Positions 11,348 through 20,651 of a stretch of DNA of 61,337 nucleotides are shown piece by piece. The position numbers were made by a program, and so were the translations under genes. This stretch comes from an uncultured Clostridia bacterium. Its GTDB lineage: Bacteria > Acidobacteriota > Aminicenantia > UBA2199. The stretch is from positions 1-61,337 of the forward strand of contig CAZLSH010000003.1 in NCBI GenBank assembly GCA_964562095.1, written 5' to 3'. Position 1 is the stretch's first letter. Each line of letters starts with the position of its first letter. The notes beneath the pieces are model-generated. The model ran no database searches. It had not been told where the DNA came from and saw nothing but the letters and a program-made list of their open reading frames with translations.

Positions 11348-12145
11348 TCAACGCGCCGCGAAGCGCCGGCAGTTCTCCGCGACCTGGTCCAGGATGTCCT
11401 GGAGGCCGCTGTTTTTGATGGCGGCGATCCTTTCCAGCACCCGGACGACAGCCAACGGCGTGTTGGTTTTCCCCCGCTCGGGCTCGGGAGCGAGGTAGGG
11501 GGAATCGGTCTCGCTGAGCAGGTGCGCCAGCGGGGTGGCGGCCACGACCGCCCGCAGCGCGTCCGCTTTCCTGAAGGTAACGATCCCCGAGATGGAAAGG
11601 AAATACCCCCGGCGCACGATCTCCCCGGCCGTCTCGATGTCGCCCGTATAGCAATGGAACACCACCGGCAGCGGGAATTTTTCCTGTTCCAGGATTCTCA
11701 GCACGAGCCCTTCCGCCTGGCGCGAGTGGATGACCAGGGGCAGCGAGCGCTCCCTGGCCAAGGCGACCTGACGGCGGAACACCCTTTCCTGGTTCTCACG
11801 GGTCGCAAAATCGTAATGAAAATCAAGGCCGACTTCACCCAGGGCCAGAACCGGACAGCGGTCCAGGAAAGCGAGCAGCCTGCCCTCGATCTGCGGCGAA
11901 TAGCCGTCGGCCTGGTGCGGGTGGGCGCCGGCGACCGCGGCGAGGGCGCTGTGATAACCGAGGATCTCCGCCGTCAGCGCCAGGGATCTTTCGTCATGGG
12001 CGTCGGCCGCCGTGACCAAACGGTCGAATCCCGCCGCCAGGCAGCGATCGATGATGCGCCAGCGGTCGCTGTCAAAGCAGGCATCGTCGAGATGGCAATG
12101 GAAATCGATCGGCCCGGCATGTCCCATGGGGGGATTGTACCGCAA
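11348..12145 (-). CDS. tatD: TatD-family metal-dependent hydrolase/DNase
   Basis: Motifs IDFHCHLD, GEVGLDFHYD, LPLVIHSR, VFHCYTGD and SETDSPYLAP. The start is more likely Met7 (12127). Its stop abuts the gyrA stop (TGATCA). Confidence 0.85.
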   Translation of the reverse strand: MRYNPPMGHAGPIDFHCHLDDACFDSDRWRIIDRCLAAGFDRLVTAADAHDERSLALTAEILGYHSALAAVAGAHPHQADGYSPQIEGRLLAFLDRCPVLALGEVGLDFHYDFATRENQERVFRRQVALARERSLPLVIHSRQAEGLVLRILEQEKFPLPVVFHCYTGDIETAGEIVRRGYFLSISGIVTFRKADALRAVVAATPLAHLLSETDSPYLAPEPERGKTNTPLAVVRVLERIAAIKNSGLQDILDQVAENCRRFAAR

Positions 12146-12244
12146 ATCCCGCTCCCTGCCCAGCCGCCTGCGGCCGGGCTTGGCATCTCCGGCTCAAGTT
12201 GACGCCATCCCGGTGGAATCGTATAATGCTGGCGCGAAACGATC

Positions 12245-13459
12245 ATGGTCATCGGCTTACATAAAAACAAGGTCGCGGCGATACTGAAGATCACCGAGGA
12301 TCTCAACCGCATCAAGGACATCGATTCGCTCCTGGACCGGGTCCTGCTGGAGGCCCGGCGATTCTCCCGCGCCGACGCCGGCTCGATCTACCTGCTGGAA
12401 AACCAGAAATTGCGCATCAATTACGTGCAGAACGACACCCTGATGCAAAAGGAAAGCGGCAAGAAATTCCTTTACCAAAACCATGAAATCCCCATCAACG
12501 ACAAGTCCATGGCCGGCTATGTGGCCATGACCCGCAAGCCGCTGATCATCGCCGATGCCTATGCCCTGAACGAAGCCGTGCCCTACGCCTTCAACCGTTC
12601 ATTCGACGAAACGGCGCGTTACCGCACGCGTTCGGTGCTGACCGTGCCCTTGATGGCCAGCCGGAACCGGCTGACCGGGGTCATGCAGATCATCAATTCC
12701 CTGGATAAGGCGGGAGCGGCGGTCCCGTTCCGCAGTGAAGACGAGCTGGTGGTGGCCTATTTCGCCAACCACGCGGCCGGCAGCATCGAAAAGGCAAAGA
12801 TGACCCGCGAGATCATTCTGCGCATGATCGGCATCGCCGAGCTGCGCGATCCCGAGGAAACCGGGGCCCACGTCAACCGCGTCGGAGCCTATTCGATCGA
12901 GATCTACTCCAAGTGGGCGGCGGATCACGGCGTGACGGAACCCGAGATCAAGCGCGTGCGGGACATCCTGCGCATCGCCGCCATGCTGCACGATGTGGGC
13001 AAGGTGGCGATTTCCGACACGCTGCTGAAAAAGCACGGCCCCCTTTCCCCCGCCGAGTACGAGCAGATGCAGCGCCACGTCATTCTGGGCGCGCGCCTGT
13101 TCAAGGATTCCACATCGGACTGGGACGACATGGCGGCCGAAATCGCCCTCAACCATCATGAGAAATGGGACGGCAGTGGCTACCCGGGCAAGGCGGTTGA
13201 CGTCAGCGCCGATGATTGGCGGCCGGGGCCGGGTAAAAAGGGCGAGGAGATTCCCCTGTTCGCCCGCATCGTCGCCCTCGCCGACGTGTTCGACGCCCTG
13301 TCCTCGCCGCGGGTCTACAAGGAGTGCTGGGGCGAGGAGAAAACGCTGGCCTACATCCGCGACCAGAAAGGCAGGCAATTCGACCCCGAACTGGTCGATG
13401 TGTTCTTTTCGATCTACGACGTCATCCGGGCCATCCGGGGAAAATATGGCGAGCACTGA
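12245..13459 (+). CDS. GAF domain-containing HD-GYP phosphodiesterase
   Basis: N-terminal GAF-like region (RADAGSIYLL...). HD-GYP catalytic motifs AAMLHDVGKVAI and HHEKWDGSGYPG. Confidence 0.85.
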   Translation: MVIGLHKNKVAAILKITEDLNRIKDIDSLLDRVLLEARRFSRADAGSIYLLENQKLRINYVQNDTLMQKESGKKFLYQNHEIPINDKSMAGYVAMTRKPLIIADAYALNEAVPYAFNRSFDETARYRTRSVLTVPLMASRNRLTGVMQIINSLDKAGAAVPFRSEDELVVAYFANHAAGSIEKAKMTREIILRMIGIAELRDPEETGAHVNRVGAYSIEIYSKWAADHGVTEPEIKRVRDILRIAAMLHDVGKVAISDTLLKKHGPLSPAEYEQMQRHVILGARLFKDSTSDWDDMAAEIALNHHEKWDGSGYPGKAVDVSADDWRPGPGKKGEEIPLFARIVALADVFDALSSPRVYKECWGEEKTLAYIRDQKGRQFDPELVDVFFSIYDVIRAIRGKYGEH

Positions 13460-16430
13460 GCTGCCGGCCATTGCCGACGGGCCGGCCGGCGCCGACCTGC
13501 CCCTGGAGCGCATCGGCCGCCTGGCTCCCTTCAAGGTGAAGCGGTTTCTGCTGGTCGCCAGCCGTTACGATTTTTTTATGCTGGAGGAGGACGGCCGGCT
13601 GCAGGACCTGCTGCTGCAGACCTACCAGCACTGGAACCGGGGCTACGTCCCGCAATTCCTGCGCGTCAGCGGCGGCGATAACGCGCTGGAGACCATCCGC
13701 CGCGAGCCGTTCGACCTGGTGGTGACGGTCATGCGCCTGGGCGACATGGACCCCTTTTCTTTCGCCCGCCAGGCCAAGGAGATCGTTCCCGGCCTGCCGG
13801 TGATCGGCCTGGCCTACAACACGCCCGAGCTGAAACGCCTGCTGGATATGGACGACGGCAGCGCCCTGGAGAGGATCTTCGTCTGGCAGGGAGACAGCCA
13901 GGTGCTGCTGGGCATCATCCAGTTCATCGAGGACCGCCGCAACGCCGCCGGAGACACGCGGCTGGCCGGCGTGCAGAACATCCTGTTGATCGAGGATTCC
14001 ATCGGTTTTTACTCCGCCTACCTGCCGCTCATTTTTTCCGTGCTGCGCGAGCTGACCCAGGGCCTGCTCAAGGAGGACCTTACCTTCACGCAACGGCTGC
14101 TGCGCCAGAACGCCCGGCCGCGCGTGCACCTGGCGGTGACCCATGAAGAAGCCGAAGCTGTTTTCGTGGAATTCCAGGACCACCTGCTGGGCATCATCAC
14201 CGATGCCAGCTTTCCCCGGGGGGGGATCGTCGATCCCCAGGCCGGGGTGCGCTTCGCAAAAAATGTACTGGCCGGCAAGCCCCATCTGCCCGTCCTGCTG
14301 CAATCAAGCGATGAAGGAGCGGAGATCATGGCCGGCGAGGCCGGCATCCCGTTCCTGTCGAAGAATTCACCGACGCTGCTGCGTGACCTGAAGCGATTCC
14401 TCTCCAGCCATTTCGGCTTTGGCGACCTGGTGCTGCCGGGCGCCGGGCCGGAAGCGGAGACGCGGTTCGCTACCCTGGATCAGTTGTTCTCGGCCTGCGG
14501 CGACCTGCCCGACGAGCCCTTGCGGCAGGCGCTCGCCAGCGGCGATCTGGGCCGCTGGCTGCGCGCCCGCACCGAATTCGCGCTGGCCGATTCCCTGCAG
14601 GGGGATTTTGCCGCCGGCCCGCAGCCGGGAACCCGCCTGAAACGGCTGATCGCCGCCGACCGCGCCGCCAGCCGCCGCGGCGCCATCGTCCCCTATTCAC
14701 GATCCTTCCATGAGGAGTATTCCCAGTTCAGCATCATCGGCTCGGGTTCCATCGGCGGCAAGGCCCGCGGGCTGGCCTTCATGGACCGCATCCTGGCCAG
14801 GCATTTCGATCGCGGGAAATATCCCGGGGTGACCATTTCCATCCCGCGCACGCTGGTGCTGGGGACCGACGTGTTCGCTGACTTCATGAAGGAGAACGAT
14901 CTGTTGCCGCAGGCCGTCCTCGACCACAGCGAGAGCCACATGGCCAACCTGTTCATCAAGGCCAGCCTGCCGGGAAAGATCGTCGGCGATCTGCGCGATT
15001 TCATCCAGAACGTCAAGGTGCCGCTGGCCGTGCGCTCTTCCAGCCTGCTCGAGGATTCCCTCTATCAGCCGTTCGCCGGCATCTATGCCACCAAGATGCT
15101 GCCCAATGACCAGGATAGCGACGACATCCGATTTTTGAACCTGGTCAACGCCATCAAGTTCGTCTATGCTTCGACGTTCTTCCGCCAGGCCAAGGCCTAT
15201 ATCGGCAGCACCCCCCACCGGGTGGAGGAAGAACGGATGGCCGTCGTCATCCAGCCCATCGTGGGCCGTTCCCACCCCGACTGCCTCTACCCCGATTTTT
15301 CCGGCGTGGCCCGCTCCTACAATTATTATCCCGTCGGCCTGGCCAAGCCCGAGGACGGCGTGGTCCATGTCGCCCTGGGGCTGGGAAAGACCGTCGTCGA
15401 TGGCGGCGTCTCCCTGCGCTTCACCCCGGCGTTCGCCGGCATCCTGCCGCAGTTCACTTCGATCAAAGAGATGTTCCAGTTCTCCCAGCGCGATTTCTAC
15501 GCCGTGGCCATGCGCCGCGTGGCTTCGATCGCCTTCCTGGAAGAGGACCAATATTTGGTCAAGTACGGATTGGACAAGGCGGAGAAGGACGGGGTCCTGG
15601 ATTACCTGGCGTCGACCTACTCGCGGGAAAACGACGCGGTCTATGACGGCATCGGTTCTCCCGGGCCGCGCATCGTCAATTTCGCCCATATCCTGAAGAA
15701 CGGCGTCTTCCCCCTGGCCGCCATCGTGGAAGACCTGATGCGGCTGAGCCATGAGGCGATGAACTGCGCCGTCGAGGCCGAGTTCGCCGTAACCCTCGCC
15801 GGCCCGGACGTTTACCCCGCCCATTTCAGCCTGCTGCAGGTGCGCCCGTTGGTCGTGCAGGATGAACTGGTCCAGGTGGAGCTGGACGAACGCCTGCGGA
15901 CCTCCGCTTTCTGCTTCAGCGACCGGGTCCTGGGCAACGGCGTCACCCGCGGATTGCGCGACATCGTGTTCGTCAAGCCCCAGGCATTCGCTGCCGCCAG
16001 CAGCCCGCAAATCGCCGGCGAGGTCGACCAACTCAACTCCCGGCTGCAGTCCGGGGAGATCCCCTATGTGTTGATCGGCCCCGGTCGCTGGGGCAGCACC
16101 GATCCCTGGCTGGGCATCCCGGTCAAGTGGAGCCAGATCAGCGGCGTAAAGATCGTGGTTGAGGTCAGCCTGCCCAACATGAACGTCGACCCCTCGCAAG
16201 GGTCGCACTTTTTCCAGAACATGACCTCGCTGCGCATCGGCTACTTCACGGTGCCCATGGCCCGCGAGCACGGTTTCATTGACTGGCCTTGGCTGCAAGG
16301 CCTGCCCGCCGCCTTCGAGACCGAGCACCTGAGGCATGTCCGCCTCGACGAGGCCCTGACGGTGATCATTGACGGCCGCAGGAGCCAGGGGGTCATCTTA
16401 AAGCCCGGAGCCGCGGCGGCCGCCGGTTGA
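13446..16430 (+). CDS. Receiver-modulated PEP/pyruvate-binding (PPDK_N ATP-grasp) domain protein; no swivel or PEP-utilising domains seen
   Basis: The ATG at 13446 (MASTELPAIA...) overlaps the HD-GYP gene by 14 nt. The 13158 start in the track would require a long overlap. Two receiver-like domains are followed by PPDK_N motifs GGKARGLAFM and LAVRSSSLLEDS. The C-terminal module reads GPGRWGS...GIPV...GSHFFQN. Confidence 0.8.
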   Translation: MASTELPAIADGPAGADLPLERIGRLAPFKVKRFLLVASRYDFFMLEEDGRLQDLLLQTYQHWNRGYVPQFLRVSGGDNALETIRREPFDLVVTVMRLGDMDPFSFARQAKEIVPGLPVIGLAYNTPELKRLLDMDDGSALERIFVWQGDSQVLLGIIQFIEDRRNAAGDTRLAGVQNILLIEDSIGFYSAYLPLIFSVLRELTQGLLKEDLTFTQRLLRQNARPRVHLAVTHEEAEAVFVEFQDHLLGIITDASFPRGGIVDPQAGVRFAKNVLAGKPHLPVLLQSSDEGAEIMAGEAGIPFLSKNSPTLLRDLKRFLSSHFGFGDLVLPGAGPEAETRFATLDQLFSACGDLPDEPLRQALASGDLGRWLRARTEFALADSLQGDFAAGPQPGTRLKRLIAADRAASRRGAIVPYSRSFHEEYSQFSIIGSGSIGGKARGLAFMDRILARHFDRGKYPGVTISIPRTLVLGTDVFADFMKENDLLPQAVLDHSESHMANLFIKASLPGKIVGDLRDFIQNVKVPLAVRSSSLLEDSLYQPFAGIYATKMLPNDQDSDDIRFLNLVNAIKFVYASTFFRQAKAYIGSTPHRVEEERMAVVIQPIVGRSHPDCLYPDFSGVARSYNYYPVGLAKPEDGVVHVALGLGKTVVDGGVSLRFTPAFAGILPQFTSIKEMFQFSQRDFYAVAMRRVASIAFLEEDQYLVKYGLDKAEKDGVLDYLASTYSRENDAVYDGIGSPGPRIVNFAHILKNGVFPLAAIVEDLMRLSHEAMNCAVEAEFAVTLAGPDVYPAHFSLLQVRPLVVQDELVQVELDERLRTSAFCFSDRVLGNGVTRGLRDIVFVKPQAFAAASSPQIAGEVDQLNSRLQSGEIPYVLIGPGRWGSTDPWLGIPVKWSQISGVKIVVEVSLPNMNVDPSQGSHFFQNMTSLRIGYFTVPMAREHGFIDWPWLQGLPAAFETEHLRHVRLDEALTVIIDGRRSQGVILKPGAAAAAG

Positions 16431-16431
16431 C

Positions 16432-17331
16432 ATGGCCGGAATGCCGGAAGACCGTCCTGATTCCTCCAGGCGGCCGTTTCTGTTTGCCAGCGATCTGCAT
16501 GGGTGCGAAGACCGGTATGACAAGCTTTTTGCGCTAGTGCTGAGCGAGCGCCCGGCAGCGGTTTTCCTGGGAGGAGACCTCCTGCCCTCGGGCGCGCTGC
16601 GCTTCGCCCGGAGCGCGCCCGGCGGGGAGGACTTTTTGGCCGGGTTCCTGTTGCCCCGCCTGAACTCGCTGCGCCGCGAACTGGGAGATGGCTACCCGCG
16701 CTTTTTCCTGATCCTGGGCAACGACGACCCGCGCAGCCAGGAAGCCGCTTTGATCCGCCGGGAAAAAGAGGGGCTGTGGCAGTATCTCCATGGCCGCAAG
16801 CTGTCGTTGGGGCCCTATGCCGTATACGGGTATGCCTGCGTGCCGCCCACTCCCTTCGCCCTCAAGGACTGGGAGCGGTACGATGTTTCGCGCTTCGTTG
16901 ATCCGGGCTGCGTTCCCCCCGAGGATGGACGGTTCAGTTGCGAGGTCGCCGCGGAGGACAAAGGCTTTCCCACCATCCAGCAGGATCTGGAAAAACTGGC
17001 CGGCAGCGACCGGCTGGAGAACGCGCTGTTCCTTTTCCATTCCCCGCCCTATCAAACCGCCCTTGATCGGGCGGCATTGGACGGGCGGCAGGTCGACGGG
17101 GCGCCGCTGGACGTGCATGTGGGCAGCATTGCCGTGCGCCGCTTCATCGAGGCGCGGCAGCCGCTGGTCACGATGCACGGCCATGTCCACGAATCGCCCC
17201 GCCTGACCGGTTACTGGCGGGAAACGATCGGCCGCAGCCACTGCTTCTCCGCGGCGCATGACGGCCCCGAGTTGGCGGTGGTGAGTTTCGACCCGGCGCA
17301 TCCGGCCGGGGCGATCCGGAAACTGCTGTAA
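16432..17331 (+). CDS. Calcineurin-like metallophosphoesterase
   Basis: Motifs SDLHG, GGDLLP, LGNDD, LFHSPP and HGHVHES. The start lies 1 nt after the preceding stop, suggesting translational coupling. Confidence 0.8.
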   Translation: MAGMPEDRPDSSRRPFLFASDLHGCEDRYDKLFALVLSERPAAVFLGGDLLPSGALRFARSAPGGEDFLAGFLLPRLNSLRRELGDGYPRFFLILGNDDPRSQEAALIRREKEGLWQYLHGRKLSLGPYAVYGYACVPPTPFALKDWERYDVSRFVDPGCVPPEDGRFSCEVAAEDKGFPTIQQDLEKLAGSDRLENALFLFHSPPYQTALDRAALDGRQVDGAPLDVHVGSIAVRRFIEARQPLVTMHGHVHESPRLTGYWRETIGRSHCFSAAHDGPELAVVSFDPAHPAGAIRKLL

Positions 17332-17451
17332 ACCGCAGCCAGGGGCCGAGGGCACGATTGAGTTCGCCGGCTTAGGGGATCATCTTGCCGCCGGCTCAAA
17401 GGTGCGCGTTCTTTTCCTGCGCCGCGGGTCTGGGAAACCGGGGGCGCGGGG

Positions 17452-20400
17452 TCAGTCGTTTTTCAAGGACAGCGGCCGCGCCGCGTCGGTGACCGCCCCG
17501 ATCTTCACCGCGTAACTGGTTTTGTTGGCGATATCCTCGTCGGTCAGCAGGTGGTAGTCGATCAGCCCATTGGTTTGGTGGCCGGTGCGCGAAAAGTTGA
17601 TTTCGGACAGGCACAGGCTCCAACCCTCCAGCCAGAGGCTGAGCTGCTGCTTCTGCTGGTCGCTGCCCTGGAAATGAATCAGCAGGTCGATGTCGCTGCC
17701 GGGGCCGGAGGTGGCATTCTTGGTGGAACCGAAGACGTACAGGGCCTTGACGCCGAAGCGCTTGCCGTCGAGCTGGCTGGCGATGCGCTCGGCCATGCGC
17801 AGCCGCCAGTGCCAGTGATCCTCGCTGGCGGTCTCTGAAGGCTCTTTCCTTTCCAGTGAATCGGCCGCGGCCGAGATCGGCGTGGCGATGAAGCCCAACG
17901 CCTCGCCCTGGTCGGCGTTCATCGCCACGCGCAGCACCTTGCCGCCGGTCACGTGGGGAACGTCGATGACGTGCACCGTGTCGGCCAAAGCGGAGGAATC
18001 CGGGAGAATCTCCGCCAGGTAGTTGCGCGACCCGAGCAGGAACTTCTCGTTGAACTCGATGCCCGGGTCGTCGGGATAGAGGGGCAGGTAGCGGATCGAC
18101 GATTCGACCAGGTCCTGGAAGAAATGGGTGCCGAAGGACAGCTCGGGCACGTAATTGCCCTTCTTGCGGGCGATCTCGATCAGGGCCGCCGTGTTGTTGA
18201 AGTCCGAGTAGGTGACCGGCACGCCGAGCTTGATGTCGCCGCGGCTGCCCCAGCGCCCTGGGCCCATGAGAATGAACTGCCGCTTGGGCAGCAGGCTGTT
18301 CAGCTTGCCCACGACCCGGCCCACTTCAAGCATCTTCTCGCTGCTTTCCAGCTGGCCGTATTTGTCCGGGTCGACATAGACAATGTGGGTGATGTCGGGC
18401 AGCTTGCCGTTGGAGATGTAGCGGTTGGCGGAGAAGATGATGCGTTCTTCGGCGATGTCCTTGGGGATGGGGGTGGAGACGTTGCCGGCGGTGGACGCCT
18501 GCGGCCGGCACTGCAGCAGGAAGAGCTGGCGGCCGTCATGGGCAAACTCGATGTCCACCGGCGTGTTCATCTTTTCCTGCAGGGTCTTGAGGATCATCTG
18601 CAGCTGCTTGATGAACGGCGTGCGCGTGATCAGCCCCTCGAAGGTGACGAACAGGTTCGTCTGGTCGAAGTCGAGATGAACGGCCGACGGCGGGTAAATG
18701 TGCTCATCCTCGTAAACGGAAACGATCTTCTCGATTCCCTTGTACTCATGGCCGCACTCGCGGAGCAGGCCGGGGATCTCCTTGGTTTCGAAAGTGCCGG
18801 TTTTCAGGTTGATGACGTCGATGCGCCGCGGCGAGTAGCGCATGGTCTCTTCGGCGGTGACATTGACGCGCAGGTTGGGAATGCCCGGGGAAATCAGGAT
18901 CGGGTAGTCGTCGCTGACCCGGTCCACGGCGCGGGTGCCCAGGCCGGGAACGAGACGGGCCAGCCCGTCCTCGCGCTTGATGCGCGAAGACCAGCGGAAC
19001 TCGTTGTGGCTGAAAGCGACGCCGGCGAAGGCGGGGAAAAAGTAATCCCCCACTCTCTGGCCGACGACCTCCTGGATCATGATGCCCATCTCTTCGTGAA
19101 AGTCGAGCAGTCCTCGCTCGGCGCGGTACTCGATGGGGTCGGGGCCGAAGATGGAGGCGTACACTTCGGCGATGGCGTCGGTGAGGGCGTCCAGCTTTTC
19201 CTGCTTGGTCCCGGTGTTGGCCAGGAACAGGCTTTTGTATTTCCCGGAGAACGCCGTGCCCATGCGGTCCTCCAGCAGGCTGGAGCTGCGCACGATCAGC
19301 GGCCTGTCGCCCAGGTCGTCGAGGGCCATGGACAGGCCCTTGATGATCTCGACCGGGAAGTGCGAGTTCTTCATCAGCTGGATCACGTTCTGGTATTCCA
19401 GGCGGATCTGGTCGATCTCCTTGTACTTCTGCTCGTTCACCTCCTCCAGGTTGTTGTAGCTGAGAAAGCTCATGATGGCGTCGGTGGTGATGTACCAGGT
19501 TTTGGGATATTTCAACTCGCCCAGGACCTCGGCATGCTCTCCCGGCTGGGCGAGGATCTTCTGGGCCAGGAACAGGCCGGCGCTCTTGCCGCCCAGGCGG
19601 CCGTAGCCATTGGCGGGATAGATGATCTTCTGCACCAGGTCGTAGAAATGGCGCACCTCGATGTGGTTTTTGGCGATGTTGATGAAGTCGAGGTGGTCGG
19701 AGAAAAAGCGGCGGATCAACGACACGCGCAGCCCCTTCTCCATGGGCGGAGACAGTTCGTAGCTGCCGCCGGAAATGTAGTGGTAATGGGTGATGGCGTT
19801 GATGACGTCGACCAGGGGCATGTCGATGTTGTTGATGGCCTTGCTCAGGAAGCCGGCCTTGTCCTCCTGGATCCATTTCTGGATGTTGCCCAGGATCTCC
19901 TTGTCGGTCAGGTAGCGGGCGGCGATGCGGAAGGTCTTGTCGCTGAGTTCCAGCAGCTCCAGTTGCGAGCGCCGCTGGCTGGGGCGGTTGATGTCGTCGC
20001 TGATCTCGGCCTGGGAGGCGCCCTGGTCCTTGCTCAGCGACTTCAGCAGCTCTTTGGCTTCGGCGACGCCGCTCCAGAACAGGTGATAGACCATCTTGCG
20101 GCTCAAGTGGATGTACAGGTTCTGGTCGGTGCGCCGCAGCAGATCGACGATCACCATCCACTCCTTTTTGTTCTTCTCGCTGAGGTCCTTCTGGGCGGTC
20201 TCCCATTCGCGGGAAACCTGCTCGAGCTTCAAGTGCAGGATGGTGCGGCCGATGCGCTCGGCGATGGTTTGCAGCAGTTTGTGCTCGTCCTTGAGGAAGT
20301 AGCTGCCCTCGGTCTGCGGCACCTCTTTCGAGTAGGATACTTCGATGCTGCCGGCCAACTTGTCGTCCACCCGGATCTCGGCGCACTGAACGCGCGGCGA

Positions 20401-20634
20401 TTCCTGGAACCCGGGACTCTGGTGGGTTTGATCGTCATAAATGATCCTGACCTGGCAGATCTCGGGGAACTGGTAGCCCGTGGGGATGGTCAGGATCAAT
20501 TGGGCGAAAATCTCCTCCAGGGGCAGATTGGTCCGGGTCAGGAGAGCTTCGACCTGGTAGAGGCAGTTCAACTCCTTGGCCCGTTCGCGCATGTCATTGA
20601 GCAGCCTGTCGATCGAGTTCTGCGTTTCGCCCAT
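17452..20634 (-). CDS. Sensor-domain / PPDK_N ATP-grasp / nucleotidyltransferase fusion protein
   Basis: 1060 aa. The N-terminal module carries RAKELNCLY. PPDK_N motifs are GGKSAGLFLA and LIVRSSSLLEDR. It shares the GPGRWGS...GVPV...GTHFFQD module with its paralog. The C-terminal Pol-beta-type NTase motif is FGSTKNATSGPGSDIDLLIHF. Confidence 0.8.
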   Translation of the reverse strand: MGETQNSIDRLLNDMRERAKELNCLYQVEALLTRTNLPLEEIFAQLILTIPTGYQFPEICQVRIIYDDQTHQSPGFQESPRVQCAEIRVDDKLAGSIEVSYSKEVPQTEGSYFLKDEHKLLQTIAERIGRTILHLKLEQVSREWETAQKDLSEKNKKEWMVIVDLLRRTDQNLYIHLSRKMVYHLFWSGVAEAKELLKSLSKDQGASQAEISDDINRPSQRRSQLELLELSDKTFRIAARYLTDKEILGNIQKWIQEDKAGFLSKAINNIDMPLVDVINAITHYHYISGGSYELSPPMEKGLRVSLIRRFFSDHLDFINIAKNHIEVRHFYDLVQKIIYPANGYGRLGGKSAGLFLAQKILAQPGEHAEVLGELKYPKTWYITTDAIMSFLSYNNLEEVNEQKYKEIDQIRLEYQNVIQLMKNSHFPVEIIKGLSMALDDLGDRPLIVRSSSLLEDRMGTAFSGKYKSLFLANTGTKQEKLDALTDAIAEVYASIFGPDPIEYRAERGLLDFHEEMGIMIQEVVGQRVGDYFFPAFAGVAFSHNEFRWSSRIKREDGLARLVPGLGTRAVDRVSDDYPILISPGIPNLRVNVTAEETMRYSPRRIDVINLKTGTFETKEIPGLLRECGHEYKGIEKIVSVYEDEHIYPPSAVHLDFDQTNLFVTFEGLITRTPFIKQLQMILKTLQEKMNTPVDIEFAHDGRQLFLLQCRPQASTAGNVSTPIPKDIAEERIIFSANRYISNGKLPDITHIVYVDPDKYGQLESSEKMLEVGRVVGKLNSLLPKRQFILMGPGRWGSRGDIKLGVPVTYSDFNNTAALIEIARKKGNYVPELSFGTHFFQDLVESSIRYLPLYPDDPGIEFNEKFLLGSRNYLAEILPDSSALADTVHVIDVPHVTGGKVLRVAMNADQGEALGFIATPISAAADSLERKEPSETASEDHWHWRLRMAERIASQLDGKRFGVKALYVFGSTKNATSGPGSDIDLLIHFQGSDQQKQQLSLWLEGWSLCLSEINFSRTGHQTNGLIDYHLLTDEDIANKTSYAVKIGAVTDAARPLSLKND

Positions 20635-20651
20635 GTTCCCCCCCTGCGGCG

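Noticed and set aside
13158-13445. N-terminal extension of the PPDK_N gene in the track (start at 13158).
   Set aside because: It would overlap the well-supported HD-GYP gene by 300 nt in another frame and encodes an Arg/Pro/Ser-rich stretch. The ATG at 13446 gives a sensible N-terminus.
14697-16337. Other long antisense or alternative-frame ORFs: 14697-16337(-), 13422-14303(-), 36050-37351(+), 36492-37703(-), 37928-39478(+), 38862-39671(-), 20576-22054(+), 31652-32743(+), 32392-33393(+), 49877-50989(-), 50239-51111(+), 51275-52435(-), 48828-49841(-), 47557-48924(-).
   Set aside because: Each overlaps a gene with strong family motifs on the other strand or frame. Each translates to a repetitive Arg/Gly/Pro/Ala/Asp-rich sequence without motifs.
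17332-17451. Possible bidirectional terminator between the convergent metallophosphoesterase and PPDK_N-NTase genes.
   Set aside because: Only weak, short GC palindromes (GCCGGC...GCCGGC, CCGCG...CGCGG) with long loops are present, and there is no U-tract. That is not convincing enough to annotate.
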